A stretch of DNA of 64,000 nt from an uncultured Victivallales bacterium (lineage in GTDB: Bacteria > Verrucomicrobiota > Kiritimatiellia > UBA8416 > CAYSRM01), in the NCBI GenBank assembly GCA_964433435.1, contig CAYSRM010000001.1:1941-65940 (forward strand), read 5' to 3'. Below are positions 35,627-45,641 of this stretch, piece after piece (positions within the stretch are counted from its first letter, which is position 1; each line of letters begins with the position of its first letter). The translations under genes were made by a program, and so were the position numbers. Below the pieces are notes generated by a model. It did no database searches and had not been told where the DNA came from. It saw only the letters and a program-made list of their open reading frames with translations.

Positions 35627-37974
35627 GATTGAAATTCAGGGTATTTATATGGATTGTTTTTCTTGCTACTTCGGTTGTTTGTCCGGCGCCTGGGGTTACG
35701 ATAGGTGAAATTGCCGTTGAAAACCGCGGCACTGGCAAGATTGACCGGCCTTTTATTATTTCTCATATCGGCGCTGAAAAAGGCGGGGAACTCGACCGTT
35801 TCAGAATATCCCGTGACGTTAAATCACTTCTGAAAACCGGCAGATTTACACACGTCAATGTCCAGATCCAGCCGCTTACGGAAGAGACGGTCCGGGTTAT
35901 TTTCAGTGTAAAAAACAGGCTGAAGCTTGCGCGTCGTGCACAGGTTGAGGGCGGGCACCATTTTGATGCTTCCAAAGTCCGGGAAATCATGGATCTGTGG
36001 ACAGGCGACCTGATCGACAACCAGGTGGTGGGGTTGGCTGTTAAGAAGCTCAAGGATAAGTATGAGGAAGACTACTACACGGAAGTCCGGGTTGACTGGG
36101 AAATTGATGTAATCGATCATGCGAAAGGGTTGGCCAGGTTGAGTATCCGCATTGATGAGGGAGATCCTCGGCCGATAGAAAGGATAGTGTTCAAGGGTAA
36201 CACTCATTTATCCCGCAATCAGCTTCGCAAACCGTTTGATCAGCCTGCCTGGTACAATCCTTTCAAGTGGTTCAGAAAGAAACGATTCGATGCCGATGAG
36301 CTTGAAACCGCGCGCCTTACCATTGAACAGATGTATGGTTTTGAAGGTTATTTAAGGGCGGAAGTTCAGATGCCCAGGCGAAAAATTGACAGCGATGGGC
36401 GTGTTGTGATTGAGGTGCGAATTGAGGAAGGCGAACGTTACAGTATAGGCAAAGTCGGTATAGATGGCGCGGAACTGTTTCCAGAGGATGTGCTGCTTGA
36501 AAGCGCTGGTATAGATACCGGTGATGTTGCTTCGCTGTATACTATTCGACAATCGGCCTCCGCTATAATGAACTATTACGGCAAGAGGGGGTATATCGAC
36601 ACTCTGGTGCGGCCGGCAATGGAAGTGGGAAAGGCAGCCAATACGGTAGATGTAGTTTTTGAAGTGTCGGAAGGGGAGAAGGCCTGGATTCAGAACGTTG
36701 AGATAAGCGGGAACAGCAAGACCAGGGACAAGGTCATTCGCAGGGAACTGCTTGTTTATCCAGGGGATCTATATGATGAGGTTTCCATAGAGCGCAGTGA
36801 AAAACGGTTGATGAATCTGGGCTTTTTCTCCAGCGTCAGGAGTTATCCCGAGAGAACGGGCAAAGAGAAAGAACGCAATGTGATTTTTGAAGTGGAAGAA
36901 AAGCCTACCGGCCAGTTTATGGTGGGGGCAGGATTTTCCAGTGTGGAGAATCTTATTGGTTTCGTGCAGGTTCAGCAGGGAAATTTTGACCTGACAGGCT
37001 GGCCGTATTTTACCGGCGGCGGGCAGAAACTCAAGCTAGCTGCTGAATTCGGATCGACCACGGAAAGTTATGAACTTTCTTTTGTTGAGCCCTGGTTTAT
37101 GGACCGTAAATTGTCGCTGGGAGTCGATCTCTACAACAAGACTTTATCCTATGATGACTACGACCTTGAGCAGACGGGCGGGGCGGTGAACCTCCGGAAA
37201 GGTCTTGCCGGACCGAACAGTATCCAGGCCCGATACAGGCTTGAAAAAACTTTTGTCAGCGATGTAACCGACACAAATGAGTATTTTTATGTTGACCAAA
37301 CCGGCGAAGGATATTTTTTCACCCGAGAGAAAGACGTGTTGCAAAGTTCTTTGCGGCTTAGCCTGATACATGACACCAGGAACAGTCCGTTTGTGCCTAC
37401 GAAGGGGACGAGGGCTGTTGCTTTCGCTGAAATTACCGGCGGGATACTGGGTTTTGACACCGATATTTATGAACTTGGCTTACGCGTGAACAACTATATT
37501 CCGGTTTGGCTGGATCATGTGTTTGCCCTGAGCGCTCGCGCCGAGGTTGTGGAAGCTTACGGCGAGACCGACGAGGTTACAATCAGTGACAGGCTTTTTC
37601 TTGGCGGTGGGCGCACAATCAGGGGTTTTGAATATCGGGATGTAGGACCCAAGGTTGTGAGGGAGGAGGATTTGGGTGTTGATGGCGATGTGCCCCATCG
37701 AACGGTTGGCGGCAACAGCCTGGCTCTTGCTTCCGCTGAGTACTGGGTGCCTGTTCTTCCAAATATACGGCTTGCAGCGTTTGTAGACGTCGGCAATGTG
37801 TGGAGAGATTCGTATGAGTTCAGACTTGAGGAACTTGCCGCTACCTACGGAGCCGGGGTCAGGCTTGATGTGCCCGGTTTCCCTATACGCATAGACTGGG
37901 CGTGGCCTTTATGGAGAGATGATGATCTCACGGATACCGAAAGGTTTGTTTTCTGGATTGGCTATGAGAGGTGA
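35623..37974 (+). CDS. bamA: Outer membrane protein assembly factor BamA (Omp85)
   Basis: Signal peptide, POTRA repeats, C-terminal 16-strand barrel ending in an aromatic residue. Start overlaps the dnaB stop. Followed by skp-lpxD as in the canonical cluster. Confidence 0.9.
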   Translation: MRLKFRVFIWIVFLATSVVCPAPGVTIGEIAVENRGTGKIDRPFIISHIGAEKGGELDRFRISRDVKSLLKTGRFTHVNVQIQPLTEETVRVIFSVKNRLKLARRAQVEGGHHFDASKVREIMDLWTGDLIDNQVVGLAVKKLKDKYEEDYYTEVRVDWEIDVIDHAKGLARLSIRIDEGDPRPIERIVFKGNTHLSRNQLRKPFDQPAWYNPFKWFRKKRFDADELETARLTIEQMYGFEGYLRAEVQMPRRKIDSDGRVVIEVRIEEGERYSIGKVGIDGAELFPEDVLLESAGIDTGDVASLYTIRQSASAIMNYYGKRGYIDTLVRPAMEVGKAANTVDVVFEVSEGEKAWIQNVEISGNSKTRDKVIRRELLVYPGDLYDEVSIERSEKRLMNLGFFSSVRSYPERTGKEKERNVIFEVEEKPTGQFMVGAGFSSVENLIGFVQVQQGNFDLTGWPYFTGGGQKLKLAAEFGSTTESYELSFVEPWFMDRKLSLGVDLYNKTLSYDDYDLEQTGGAVNLRKGLAGPNSIQARYRLEKTFVSDVTDTNEYFYVDQTGEGYFFTREKDVLQSSLRLSLIHDTRNSPFVPTKGTRAVAFAEITGGILGFDTDIYELGLRVNNYIPVWLDHVFALSARAEVVEAYGETDEVTISDRLFLGGGRTIRGFEYRDVGPKVVREEDLGVDGDVPHRTVGGNSLALASAEYWVPVLPNIRLAAFVDVGNVWRDSYEFRLEELAATYGAGVRLDVPGFPIRIDWAWPLWRDDDLTDTERFVFWIGYER

Positions 37975-38185
37975 GGGAGCCTTTGGGTGGGTCGCTGGTA
38001 ATTTGCGCCTGGCGGCGCGTCATTTGTCCCGAGGCGCTTGAGCGCTCGGGAAGTTATTGGTTGTCAGGAAGTCTGAAGAGGGGAAAAGAATTTGGGCTGG
38101 ATTAACAGGATTTAGTGATGTGGGAGGGGTGAACAAGAATGCGTGTTGTCAGTTTTGACAGTAGAATAGAAGAGAAGAGGAGACG

Positions 38186-38794
38186 ATGATGAAAAAAGGT
38201 CTGTTTGTTTTGGTAATTGTGGCTGTATGTATTAGCGCTTCTTCAGTGTTTGCTGAACAGCGTATTGCCGTGGTGAATATGAAGAGAATCATGGAAGTGT
38301 CGCCTGAGGTTGACAGTGTTGAGAAATTTGTGGACAAGCAGGAAATGGAGTTCGAATCTGAACGGGACGCGATGATGGAGAAGCGCAGAAAGCTCGTGGG
38401 TGAATTCGAGGAAGCCAAGAACGAGGCCAGGAACCAGGCACTCAGTGAGAAGGGCAAAAGCGAGAAAATTGCAACAGCCGAGGAAAAACTCGCCGAACTC
38501 CAGGATTACCAGGAAAAGATACAGAGCATTCTAAGGGAGCGGCGCAGCCAGCTTAGAGAACAGAAAGTCCGGGCTCACAGGCAGATGATTGCAAAGCTCC
38601 GCGAGAAAATAGGGGAATATGCGGGAAAAAAGGGTTACGAGCTGGTTGTCAATGCCAGCGGACTGGGGGTTGACGGCATTGAAGTCCTTGTTTACAGCGA
38701 CTCGCGGTTGGACATTACTGACGAGGTTATAAAAAACGTTATTGAAGCAGGAGCCGGGAAATCGGTGGAGGATTCCGAAGATAAATCGGAATAG
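38186..38794 (+). CDS. skp: Skp/OmpH-family periplasmic chaperone
   Basis: Signal peptide plus a long coiled-coil Lys/Glu-rich body. Position between bamA and lpxD. Confidence 0.7.
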   Translation: MMKKGLFVLVIVAVCISASSVFAEQRIAVVNMKRIMEVSPEVDSVEKFVDKQEMEFESERDAMMEKRRKLVGEFEEAKNEARNQALSEKGKSEKIATAEEKLAELQDYQEKIQSILRERRSQLREQKVRAHRQMIAKLREKIGEYAGKKGYELVVNASGLGVDGIEVLVYSDSRLDITDEVIKNVIEAGAGKSVEDSEDKSE

Positions 38795-38813
38795 GATGCG
38801 GGGCGGGTCACTT

Positions 38814-39863
38814 ATGACTGCACAGGAGATAGCCGAGAAGATAGGAGGCAGGGTTGATGGGGATGGCTCTGTTGAGATAATCGGTATGGCCGGTCTGGAC
38901 GAGGCCGGCGAAGGGGATATAACGTTTTTATCAAGTGCCAAATATGTTTCCCGAGTCCGGAATTCCCGCGCATCCGCCATAGTCGCGGATGAGAAGACGG
39001 ATATTTGTGCCGACTGTACGGTAATTCGTGTGTCGGACCCAGACAAAGGTTTTGCATCTGTTGCTGCGTTATTGTTTCCCGAAGAGCGTTTTGAACCCGG
39101 CATAGATGCCACTGCTTTCATTGCCGAGGACGTCAAACTGGGTAAAGGTGTGAGTGTTGGTCCCTATTGCGTTATCGGCCGGGGGTGTTCTATAGGTGGA
39201 GGCACACTTATTGGTGCGTCAAGCTACATCGGGCAGCAGAGCCGTTTAGGGGCTAATTGCAGGGTTCATCCTGGGGTCAGTATTCGCGAGAATGTTGAAA
39301 TCGGTGACAGGACCATAATTCATTGCGGGGCGGTGATTGGAAGCGACGGCTTCGGGTATTACCGTGAAGCTGGCCATTGGCATAAGATTCCGCAAGTCGG
39401 TATGGTACAGATTGGCGATGATGTTGAAATAGGGGCCAATGTAACAATTGACAGGGCCAGGGTGGGCGCGACAAGCATTGGCAACGGTGTCAAGATAGAC
39501 AACCTGGTTCAGATAGCTCATAATGTTAAAATTGGAGACGATACTGCTATTGCGGCGTTAGTGGGTATATCTGGAAGCACAGTGATAGGCAGTAATGTCC
39601 AGATGGCAGGTCAGGCAGGCGCGGCAGGACACTTGCGGGTGGGCGACAATTCGGTCGTGTTTGGCAAGGCTGGTGTAACAAAAGATTTGCCTGACGGTTC
39701 TTTTGTTTCTGGTTTTCCAGCTGAAGATCACAGGAAGCAGATGAAATTAAATGGAGAATACAGGCGGCTTCTCAAGCGTAGAGACAGTATTAGATGTCTG
39801 GAGGAAAGGATCAGGGTATTGGAGAAGCGTGTTTCCGGTGATGGCGAGTGTGAAAAGGAGTAA
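38814..39863 (+). CDS. lpxD: UDP-3-O-acylglucosamine N-acyltransferase
   Basis: Left-handed beta-helix hexapeptide repeats (…IGDDVEIGANVTIDRA…IGNGVKIDNLVQIAHNVKIGD…). Start at the ATG at 38814. Confidence 0.9.
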   Translation: MTAQEIAEKIGGRVDGDGSVEIIGMAGLDEAGEGDITFLSSAKYVSRVRNSRASAIVADEKTDICADCTVIRVSDPDKGFASVAALLFPEERFEPGIDATAFIAEDVKLGKGVSVGPYCVIGRGCSIGGGTLIGASSYIGQQSRLGANCRVHPGVSIRENVEIGDRTIIHCGAVIGSDGFGYYREAGHWHKIPQVGMVQIGDDVEIGANVTIDRARVGATSIGNGVKIDNLVQIAHNVKIGDDTAIAALVGISGSTVIGSNVQMAGQAGAAGHLRVGDNSVVFGKAGVTKDLPDGSFVSGFPAEDHRKQMKLNGEYRRLLKRRDSIRCLEERIRVLEKRVSGDGECEKE

Positions 39864-40850
39864 GTGGCTGATATGAAGGCGCTGATTACAGGTGGAGCCG
39901 GATATATCGGGAGTGTGACCTCTGAGTTATTCCTTGATGAGGGACACGAGGTTGTAGTATTTGACAATCTTGAGAGAGGCCATAAAGAGGCTGTTGACGG
40001 GCGAGCGACTTTTGTTGAAGGCGACTTACGCGACCGTGACGCTATTTGCCGGGTTATGAAAGAGTTTTCGCCGGACGCGGTGGTGCATTTTGCCGCGTAT
40101 GCGCTGGTGGGCGAATCCATGCAGCGGCCTGGCCTGTATTTCAGAAACAATGTTGGAGGCGGCCAGAATCTTGTCGATGCAATGCTTGAAGAGGGTGTTC
40201 GTAAGATAGTGTTTTCTTCAACTTGCGCGACTTACGGTGAGCCGCGGGAAATTCCGATGACTGAGGATCTGCCGCAGAATCCTGCCAATCCTTATGGTGA
40301 GTCGAAGTTAATGCTGGAACGGATACTTTCGTGGTACAACCGGTTATGCGGAATTAGACCGGTGTTTCTTCGCTATTTCAACGCATGTGGCGCAACGGAG
40401 AAGTTTGGAGAGGACCATGAACCTGAGACGCATCTGATCCCGAACGTTCTGGCTGTTGCGGCAGGGGAGAAGGATTGCGTGCAGATTTTCGGTGATGATT
40501 ATGATACACCCGACGGCACATGCATTCGGGACTATATTCATGTGTCGGATCTGGCGCTGGCGCATTTGAATGCTTTAGAAAGAGAAGTTACGGGAGCTTT
40601 CAATCTGGGAACGGGCCGGGGTTCTTCCGTTAACGAGGTTGTGATGACTGCAAGGGAAGTAACGGACCGCGATATACCTTCCAGGACGGCGCCAAGGAGG
40701 CCGGGAGATCCGGCGCGTCTTGTTGCCGGCAATGAGAAGGCTTGCGGAGAGCTTGATTGGCATTTGCATCACAGTGATCTGAAAAGCATAATACGCAGTG
40801 CGTGGGAGTGGCTTCAAAAGCATCCCGGCGGTTATGGTGTGCAGGCGTAG
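39864..40850 (+). CDS. galE: UDP-glucose 4-epimerase
   Basis: TGGAGYIGS Rossmann motif, YGESK catalytic motif. The ATG at 39873 is an alternative start. Confidence 0.9.
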   Translation: MADMKALITGGAGYIGSVTSELFLDEGHEVVVFDNLERGHKEAVDGRATFVEGDLRDRDAICRVMKEFSPDAVVHFAAYALVGESMQRPGLYFRNNVGGGQNLVDAMLEEGVRKIVFSSTCATYGEPREIPMTEDLPQNPANPYGESKLMLERILSWYNRLCGIRPVFLRYFNACGATEKFGEDHEPETHLIPNVLAVAAGEKDCVQIFGDDYDTPDGTCIRDYIHVSDLALAHLNALEREVTGAFNLGTGRGSSVNEVVMTAREVTDRDIPSRTAPRRPGDPARLVAGNEKACGELDWHLHHSDLKSIIRSAWEWLQKHPGGYGVQA

Positions 40851-40879
40851 GTTGTGGACGCCTGTTTTGAGGGCGGGAA

Positions 40880-41404
40880 ATGGAAGAGGAATATCTTGAA
40901 GTAGAGAAAGAGGCTGGTTCACTGCTTACCCGCCTGGGGTGGAAATTGTCAACGGCGGAGTCATGCACTGGTGGACTGCTGGGTCATTTTATTACTAGAG
41001 CGCCGGGGAGTTCCTCGTATTTTGCGGGAGGTGTAATCGCATATTCAAATGAAGTGAAGAGCCGACTGCTGGGCGTCAATAAAGAGTCAATCAAGTCAGA
41101 GGGAGCGGTGAGCGATGTTGTGGCGGCGGAGATGGCTGTTGGTGTTCGCGGCAAGTTTGGCACTGAGATTGCGGTTGCGCTTACAGGCATTGCCGGGCCT
41201 GGAGGAGGCACGGCGGAGAAACCTGTCGGGCTGGTTTATACGGCTTTGAACACGAGCGAGGATAACATTGTATGCCGCTCGGTATTCAGCGGCGGCCGGG
41301 ACAGTGTCAAGAAACAGGCGGCGCGCGGTGCGCTGGAAATGATTGTGGAGCATTTGCGCAGAGTTGAGGAAGCTGGACAAATGGCTGATCCGAAGCGAAA
41401 TTAA
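40880..41404 (+). CDS. CinA C-terminal-domain protein (nicotinamide-nucleotide amidohydrolase PncC-like)
   Basis: …[12 protein letters not shown]…[10 protein letters not shown]… CinA_C signature. Immediately upstream of recA, the classical cinA-recA arrangement. Confidence 0.8.
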   Translation: MEEEYLEVEKEAGSLLTRLGWKLSTAESCTGGLLGHFITRAPGSSSYFAGGVIAYSNEVKSRLLGVNKESIKSEGAVSDVVAAEMAVGVRGKFGTEIAVALTGIAGPGGGTAEKPVGLVYTALNTSEDNIVCRSVFSGGRDSVKKQAARGALEMIVEHLRRVEEAGQMADPKRN

Positions 41405-41445
41405 GCGAATTTTTGAATCGAAAGAAAAGAACCAAGGAGTTGGTT

Positions 41446-42459
41446 ATGGCTAAGAAACAGAAAGTTCAGAAGGAATATCCAAAGGACCTGGATGCGGTAC
41501 TGTTGCAAATCAGGAAGGAATACGGCGATGGCGCCATCATGCGAATGGGCGAAGGCGGTGTTATTGCAGACGTAGCCAGTGTATCGACGGGATCTTTCTC
41601 TCTGGACCTTGCTCTGGGCATAGGAGGCCTGCCCAGGGGAAGAGTTGTGGAGATTTTCGGGCCTGAGGCTTCGGGCAAGACTACATTGACTTTGCACATT
41701 GTAGCCAACGCCCAGAAAAACAATGGACTTGCGGCGTTTATTGATGCTGAGCATGCTATGGACCCTGGTTATGCAAAACGCATAGGGGTAAATGTTGATG
41801 AACTTCTTGTTTCTCAGCCGGCATCCGGAGAAGAGGCGTTGAACATTGCCGAGACGTTGGTGCGAAGCAACGCGCTGGATGTAGTGGTGATAGATTCGGT
41901 TGCCGCTCTAGCTCCGCGGGCGGAGCTAGAGGGCGAAATGGGTGATACGCATGTTGGACTTCAGGCCAGGCTCATGTCGCAGGCGTTGAGAAAGCTGACA
42001 GGCGCCATTTCCCAGTCCAGAACCCTTTGTATTTTTACAAACCAGATACGGGAAAAGATCGGAGTCATGTTCGGCAATCCTGAAACGACACCTGGTGGCA
42101 GGGCTCTTAAATTCTACACCTCCGTGCGTCTTGATATCAGGCGCATTGGAGCAATCAAGGATTCGAGCGGGAAGATGCTGGGTAACCGCACCAGGGTTAA
42201 GGTTGTAAAGAACAAGGTTGCCCCTCCATTTACCGAGGCAGAATTTGACATTTTGTATGCCCGTGGAATTTCATGGGAAGGGTCGGTTCTCGATGCGGCT
42301 ATAAAGTACGATGTTGTGGAAAAGAGAGGTTCCTGGTTTTCTTTCGAGGGCGAACAGCTTGGACAGGGACATGAAGGGGCAAGGACTGTTATGGAAGAGA
42401 ATTCGGAGCTTACTGCCAAAATTGTCGATAAGGTCAAGGAAAAAGCCGCCGCTGAGTAG
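41446..42459 (+). CDS. recA: Recombinase RecA
   Basis: Walker [12 protein letters not shown]1/L2 loops, …[15 protein letters not shown]…. Start at the ATG at 41446 with AAGGAG 6 nt upstream. Confidence 0.97.
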   Translation: MAKKQKVQKEYPKDLDAVLLQIRKEYGDGAIMRMGEGGVIADVASVSTGSFSLDLALGIGGLPRGRVVEIFGPEASGKTTLTLHIVANAQKNNGLAAFIDAEHAMDPGYAKRIGVNVDELLVSQPASGEEALNIAETLVRSNALDVVVIDSVAALAPRAELEGEMGDTHVGLQARLMSQALRKLTGAISQSRTLCIFTNQIREKIGVMFGNPETTPGGRALKFYTSVRLDIRRIGAIKDSSGKMLGNRTRVKVVKNKVAPPFTEAEFDILYARGISWEGSVLDAAIKYDVVEKRGSWFSFEGEQLGQGHEGARTVMEENSELTAKIVDKVKEKAAAE

Positions 42460-42548
42460 TTGCCTGCTCCGGGAGTGTTTCAATGGGGCATCCAGCCTTG
42501 TTGAAGGAGAAATGTTATCCATTTTCTGAGAGGGAGAATTGTTTATAT

Positions 42549-44336
42549 ATGACTGCTGATGATTTGCGAAAGATGTATCTCGAATTTTTCGAGAGCAAAG
42601 GACATGCGGTGATTTCGGGCGGATCGTTGATACCGGAAAACGATCCTTCTGTTCTTTTTACTACCGCGGGGATGCATCCCCTCGTGCCTTACCTGCTGGG
42701 CGAGCCGCATCCGGCGGGCAGGCGGCTGTGCAATTGTCAAAAGTGCATACGTACCGGTGACATAGATGAGGTCGGGGATTCCACTCATCTTACTTTTTTT
42801 GAGATGCTTGGCAACTGGTCCCTGGGGGACTATTTCAAGGAAGAAGCTATCGAGTGGTCGTATGAGTTTCTTACCTCCGGCAGTTGCCTGGGCTTTGATC
42901 CTTCCAGGCTGTTTATAACGGTTTTCAGGGGAGACGATGCTGTGCCCCTGGATGAGGAATCGATTAGCGTGTGGAAGAAACTGGGCATTGCTGAAGAACG
43001 GATTTTTCCGCTTCCGCGTTCAGATAACTGGTGGGGGTTGCCTGGTGATTCAGGGCCTTGCGGGCCTGATACAGAGATGTTTATTGACACCGGGCGCAAA
43101 GCATGCGGGGCGGATTGCAAACCGGGTTGTTCGTGCGGCAAATATTTCGAAATATGGAATGATGTATTTATGCAATATGAGAAGAAACCCGATGGTTCTT
43201 TTCGTCCATTGAAACAGCACAATGTTGATACCGGTATGGGAGTAGAGAGAACTGTTGCCATGCTACAGGGCAAGGACAGTGTTTATGATACGGAGCTTTT
43301 CGCCCCTATAATAGAGGCAATCAAAGAAAGCGCCGGCCTGGCCAGTATGGATAGTGAGAAGGATATTAAATCTGTGCGCATAATATCGGATCATGTGCGT
43401 AGCGCAGTATTCATACTTGGTGACGAATGTGGCGTGTTGCCTGGAAATCTGGGGCAGGGTTACGTATTACGTCGCCTGATTCGTCGTGCGGTGCGGTATG
43501 CCAAGCAGCTTGGGATCGCAGAGGGTTCTCTGGGTAGAATGGCCGAAGGCGTTATAGCCGGATACAAGAAAATATATCCGGAGATGGAAAAGAACAGCGC
43601 GCATATTCGCAGCGAACTTTCAGAAGAAGAGCAGAAATTTGAAAAGACTTTAAACAAGGGTATGGCTGAGCTGGACAAAGTTGTGAAATCGCTTAAAGAT
43701 CATAATCAGGGTGCAATGTCCGGCAGGGTTGCTTTCAATCTCTACGATACCTACGGCTTTCCGCTTGAGTTTACAGAAGAAATCTGCGGAGAGCACGGGG
43801 TTCAGGTGGACAGAAAAGGCTTTGATAAGGCTTTCAGCAAGCATCGGGAAGTGTCCAGGAAAGGCGCGGAGAAGGCATTCAAAGGGGGTCTGGCGGATTC
43901 CTCAGAAGCTACAAAACGTTTACATACGGCCACACATCTTTTGCACAGGAGTTTACAGCTTGAGCTTGGCGAACACGTGAAACAAAAGGGCTCGAATATA
44001 ACGCCAGAGCGGTTACGTTTTGATTTCTCGCATCCGTCCAAAATGACGCCGGAGCAGATCAAAGCGGTAGAGGACAAGGTTAACGAAATCATTCAACAGG
44101 ATTTGCCGGTGAAAATGGAAGTCATGTCTCTTGAGGAGGCGAAAATGAGCGGCGCCACAGCATTGTTTGAAGGCAAGTACGGGGAGCAGGTGAAGATCTA
44201 TTCTGCCGGAGATTTTTCAAAAGAGGTATGCGGCGGCCCGCATGTTGGTCGAACCGGTGAACTTGGCCATTTTCGTATTAAGAAGGAAGAATCTTCAAGC
44301 GCCGGTGTGAGACGTATACGAGCTGTCCTGGAATAG
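42549..44336 (+). CDS. alaS: Alanine--tRNA ligase, short form (catalytic + tRNA-recognition + editing domains; no C-Ala domain)
   Basis: Class II AlaRS N-terminus (MTADDLRKMYLEFFESKGH…FTTAGMHP…), editing-domain HTATHLL and CGGPHV motifs. Ends approximately 260 aa short of canonical bacterial AlaRS. Confidence 0.88.
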   Translation: MTADDLRKMYLEFFESKGHAVISGGSLIPENDPSVLFTTAGMHPLVPYLLGEPHPAGRRLCNCQKCIRTGDIDEVGDSTHLTFFEMLGNWSLGDYFKEEAIEWSYEFLTSGSCLGFDPSRLFITVFRGDDAVPLDEESISVWKKLGIAEERIFPLPRSDNWWGLPGDSGPCGPDTEMFIDTGRKACGADCKPGCSCGKYFEIWNDVFMQYEKKPDGSFRPLKQHNVDTGMGVERTVAMLQGKDSVYDTELFAPIIEAIKESAGLASMDSEKDIKSVRIISDHVRSAVFILGDECGVLPGNLGQGYVLRRLIRRAVRYAKQLGIAEGSLGRMAEGVIAGYKKIYPEMEKNSAHIRSELSEEEQKFEKTLNKGMAELDKVVKSLKDHNQGAMSGRVAFNLYDTYGFPLEFTEEICGEHGVQVDRKGFDKAFSKHREVSRKGAEKAFKGGLADSSEATKRLHTATHLLHRSLQLELGEHVKQKGSNITPERLRFDFSHPSKMTPEQIKAVEDKVNEIIQQDLPVKMEVMSLEEAKMSGATALFEGKYGEQVKIYSAGDFSKEVCGGPHVGRTGELGHFRIKKEESSSAGVRRIRAVLE

Positions 44337-44393
44337 GCCAGACTTGCGGAGCGAGTTTTCCTGCTGCGGTTTATATTGTGCGAACTGCTGTAG

Positions 44394-44735
44394 TTATTCC
44401 TGAGACACTACTGCGGCGACCGAGTTAGATTCAGCGTCGGTTACTGTTACGAAATTCTGACCGGCGTTGGTTGTGCTGGAATAGATGGCTGTAGGGCCTG
44501 AGGCTGTAACCGATCCCAGCGAGTTATCGCTCACCTTCCAACTGAATGACGGGACACCGTTTATCGCTTCGAAAACAATGTTAGTTGTTGTTCCTGCCGG
44601 GATTGACGCTGAACCGGGTGATATATCCAGGTTGGGACTGTCGCTGCTGCTTGTCTCGCACCCAGCTAGAATTGCAATGCACAATAATGTTGCTACGATT
44701 AAACTGGGAAGATAAACTACGCTGTTATTTTTCAC
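44394..44735 (-). CDS. Small Ser/Thr-rich lipoprotein, unknown function
   Basis: Lipobox LAGC. Weak pairwise similarity to the neighbouring ORF (…SW.VSDNSLGSV… vs …SWSLENETLGRL…). Confidence 0.5.
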   Translation of the reverse strand: MKNNSVVYLPSLIVATLLCIAILAGCETSSSDSPNLDISPGSASIPAGTTTNIVFEAINGVPSFSWKVSDNSLGSVTASGPTAIYSSTTNAGQNFVTVTDAESNSVAAVVSQE

Positions 44736-44898
44736 AGCACCCTCCTTTTAGTTGTTATAAAACGCATTCTGGCAGGCCCGTTGTGTTTTTTCAAGCAATT
44801 TATGGCCAGTGTTGGAGTTTTGGATGGGCGGGAGAGTGGTATGGGTGGGGAGCATGACAGAGGGCGGAAGCAAAGTCTACAATGAGCGGATTTTCTAC

Positions 44899-45276
44899 TT
44901 ATTTTGCGGTGTGAGTGACAAATGCTTCGGCGGTCTTTGTGAGGGTATCGTTTGTTCCTGTTGAAGATATAGTGGATGTGAGTTTGACAACCTGGACCAC
45001 TGCATTGCTTTGCGGGGCAAATTGGCTGGTGTATGTGGTGGATTTTCCTGATCTTGACGATAGTCTGCCCAGTGTTTCGTTCTCAAGGCTCCAGCTATAT
45101 TCGTAGCCTTCATGCGCGGTAAAGGAGACCGTGTCACCTTTTTTGTTGACGGTTGCGCTGTCAGGGGTTATCAAAGGCGATTCAGACGCAGGCTCCAACT
45201 CGCAACTGCAGAACAGGGCTATTGTGCAAACAAATGCGGTTACAGTAAATAAGGTTTTATACTGAAAGAGTTTCAT
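44899..45276 (-). CDS. Small Ser/Thr-rich lipoprotein, paralog of 44394..44735
   Basis: Signal peptide plus lipobox (…ALFCSCE…). Start at the internal Met (MKLFQYK…) rather than the listed ORF start. Confidence 0.5.
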   Translation of the reverse strand: MKLFQYKTLFTVTAFVCTIALFCSCELEPASESPLITPDSATVNKKGDTVSFTAHEGYEYSWSLENETLGRLSSRSGKSTTYTSQFAPQSNAVVQVVKLTSTISSTGTNDTLTKTAEAFVTHTAK

Positions 45277-45462
45277 GCCTGAAGCATATTGCACAATCCG
45301 GCGGGTTGTCAAGCAGGGTCTTCAGAGGTGATTTGTTATGGCTTGGTCCCCTGCCGTCCCACAAATTCTAAGGCATTGCGTAATTGGTGTGAAACCCTTA
45401 CTATTCAGGCAAATGGTAGTGTTAAAAATTGAATGAAAACGGCTGAGACGGGGAATGGGTGG

Positions 45463-45514
45463 ACGATGACGGGCGATCCCGACTCTCTTCGAGGTCGGGA
45501 TCGCCCGTCATCGT
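45463..45514. repeat. Near-perfect 50-bp palindrome (21-bp perfect arms plus inner ctc/gag)
   Basis: ACGATGACGGGCGATCCCGAC tctcttcgag GTCGGGATCGCCCGTCATCGT; read directly. Confidence 0.9.
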
Positions 45515-45641
45515 TAGCCGAAATAAACTGAAAAAAGGGGGAGAATCGGGTATCCGCTCTAACCACCGGCCAAATGGTCAGTTAGACAGATAAGAGTCCG
45601 GATTTCTTACCAGAACCAGGCAAATCTTGAGGAGAGACAGA

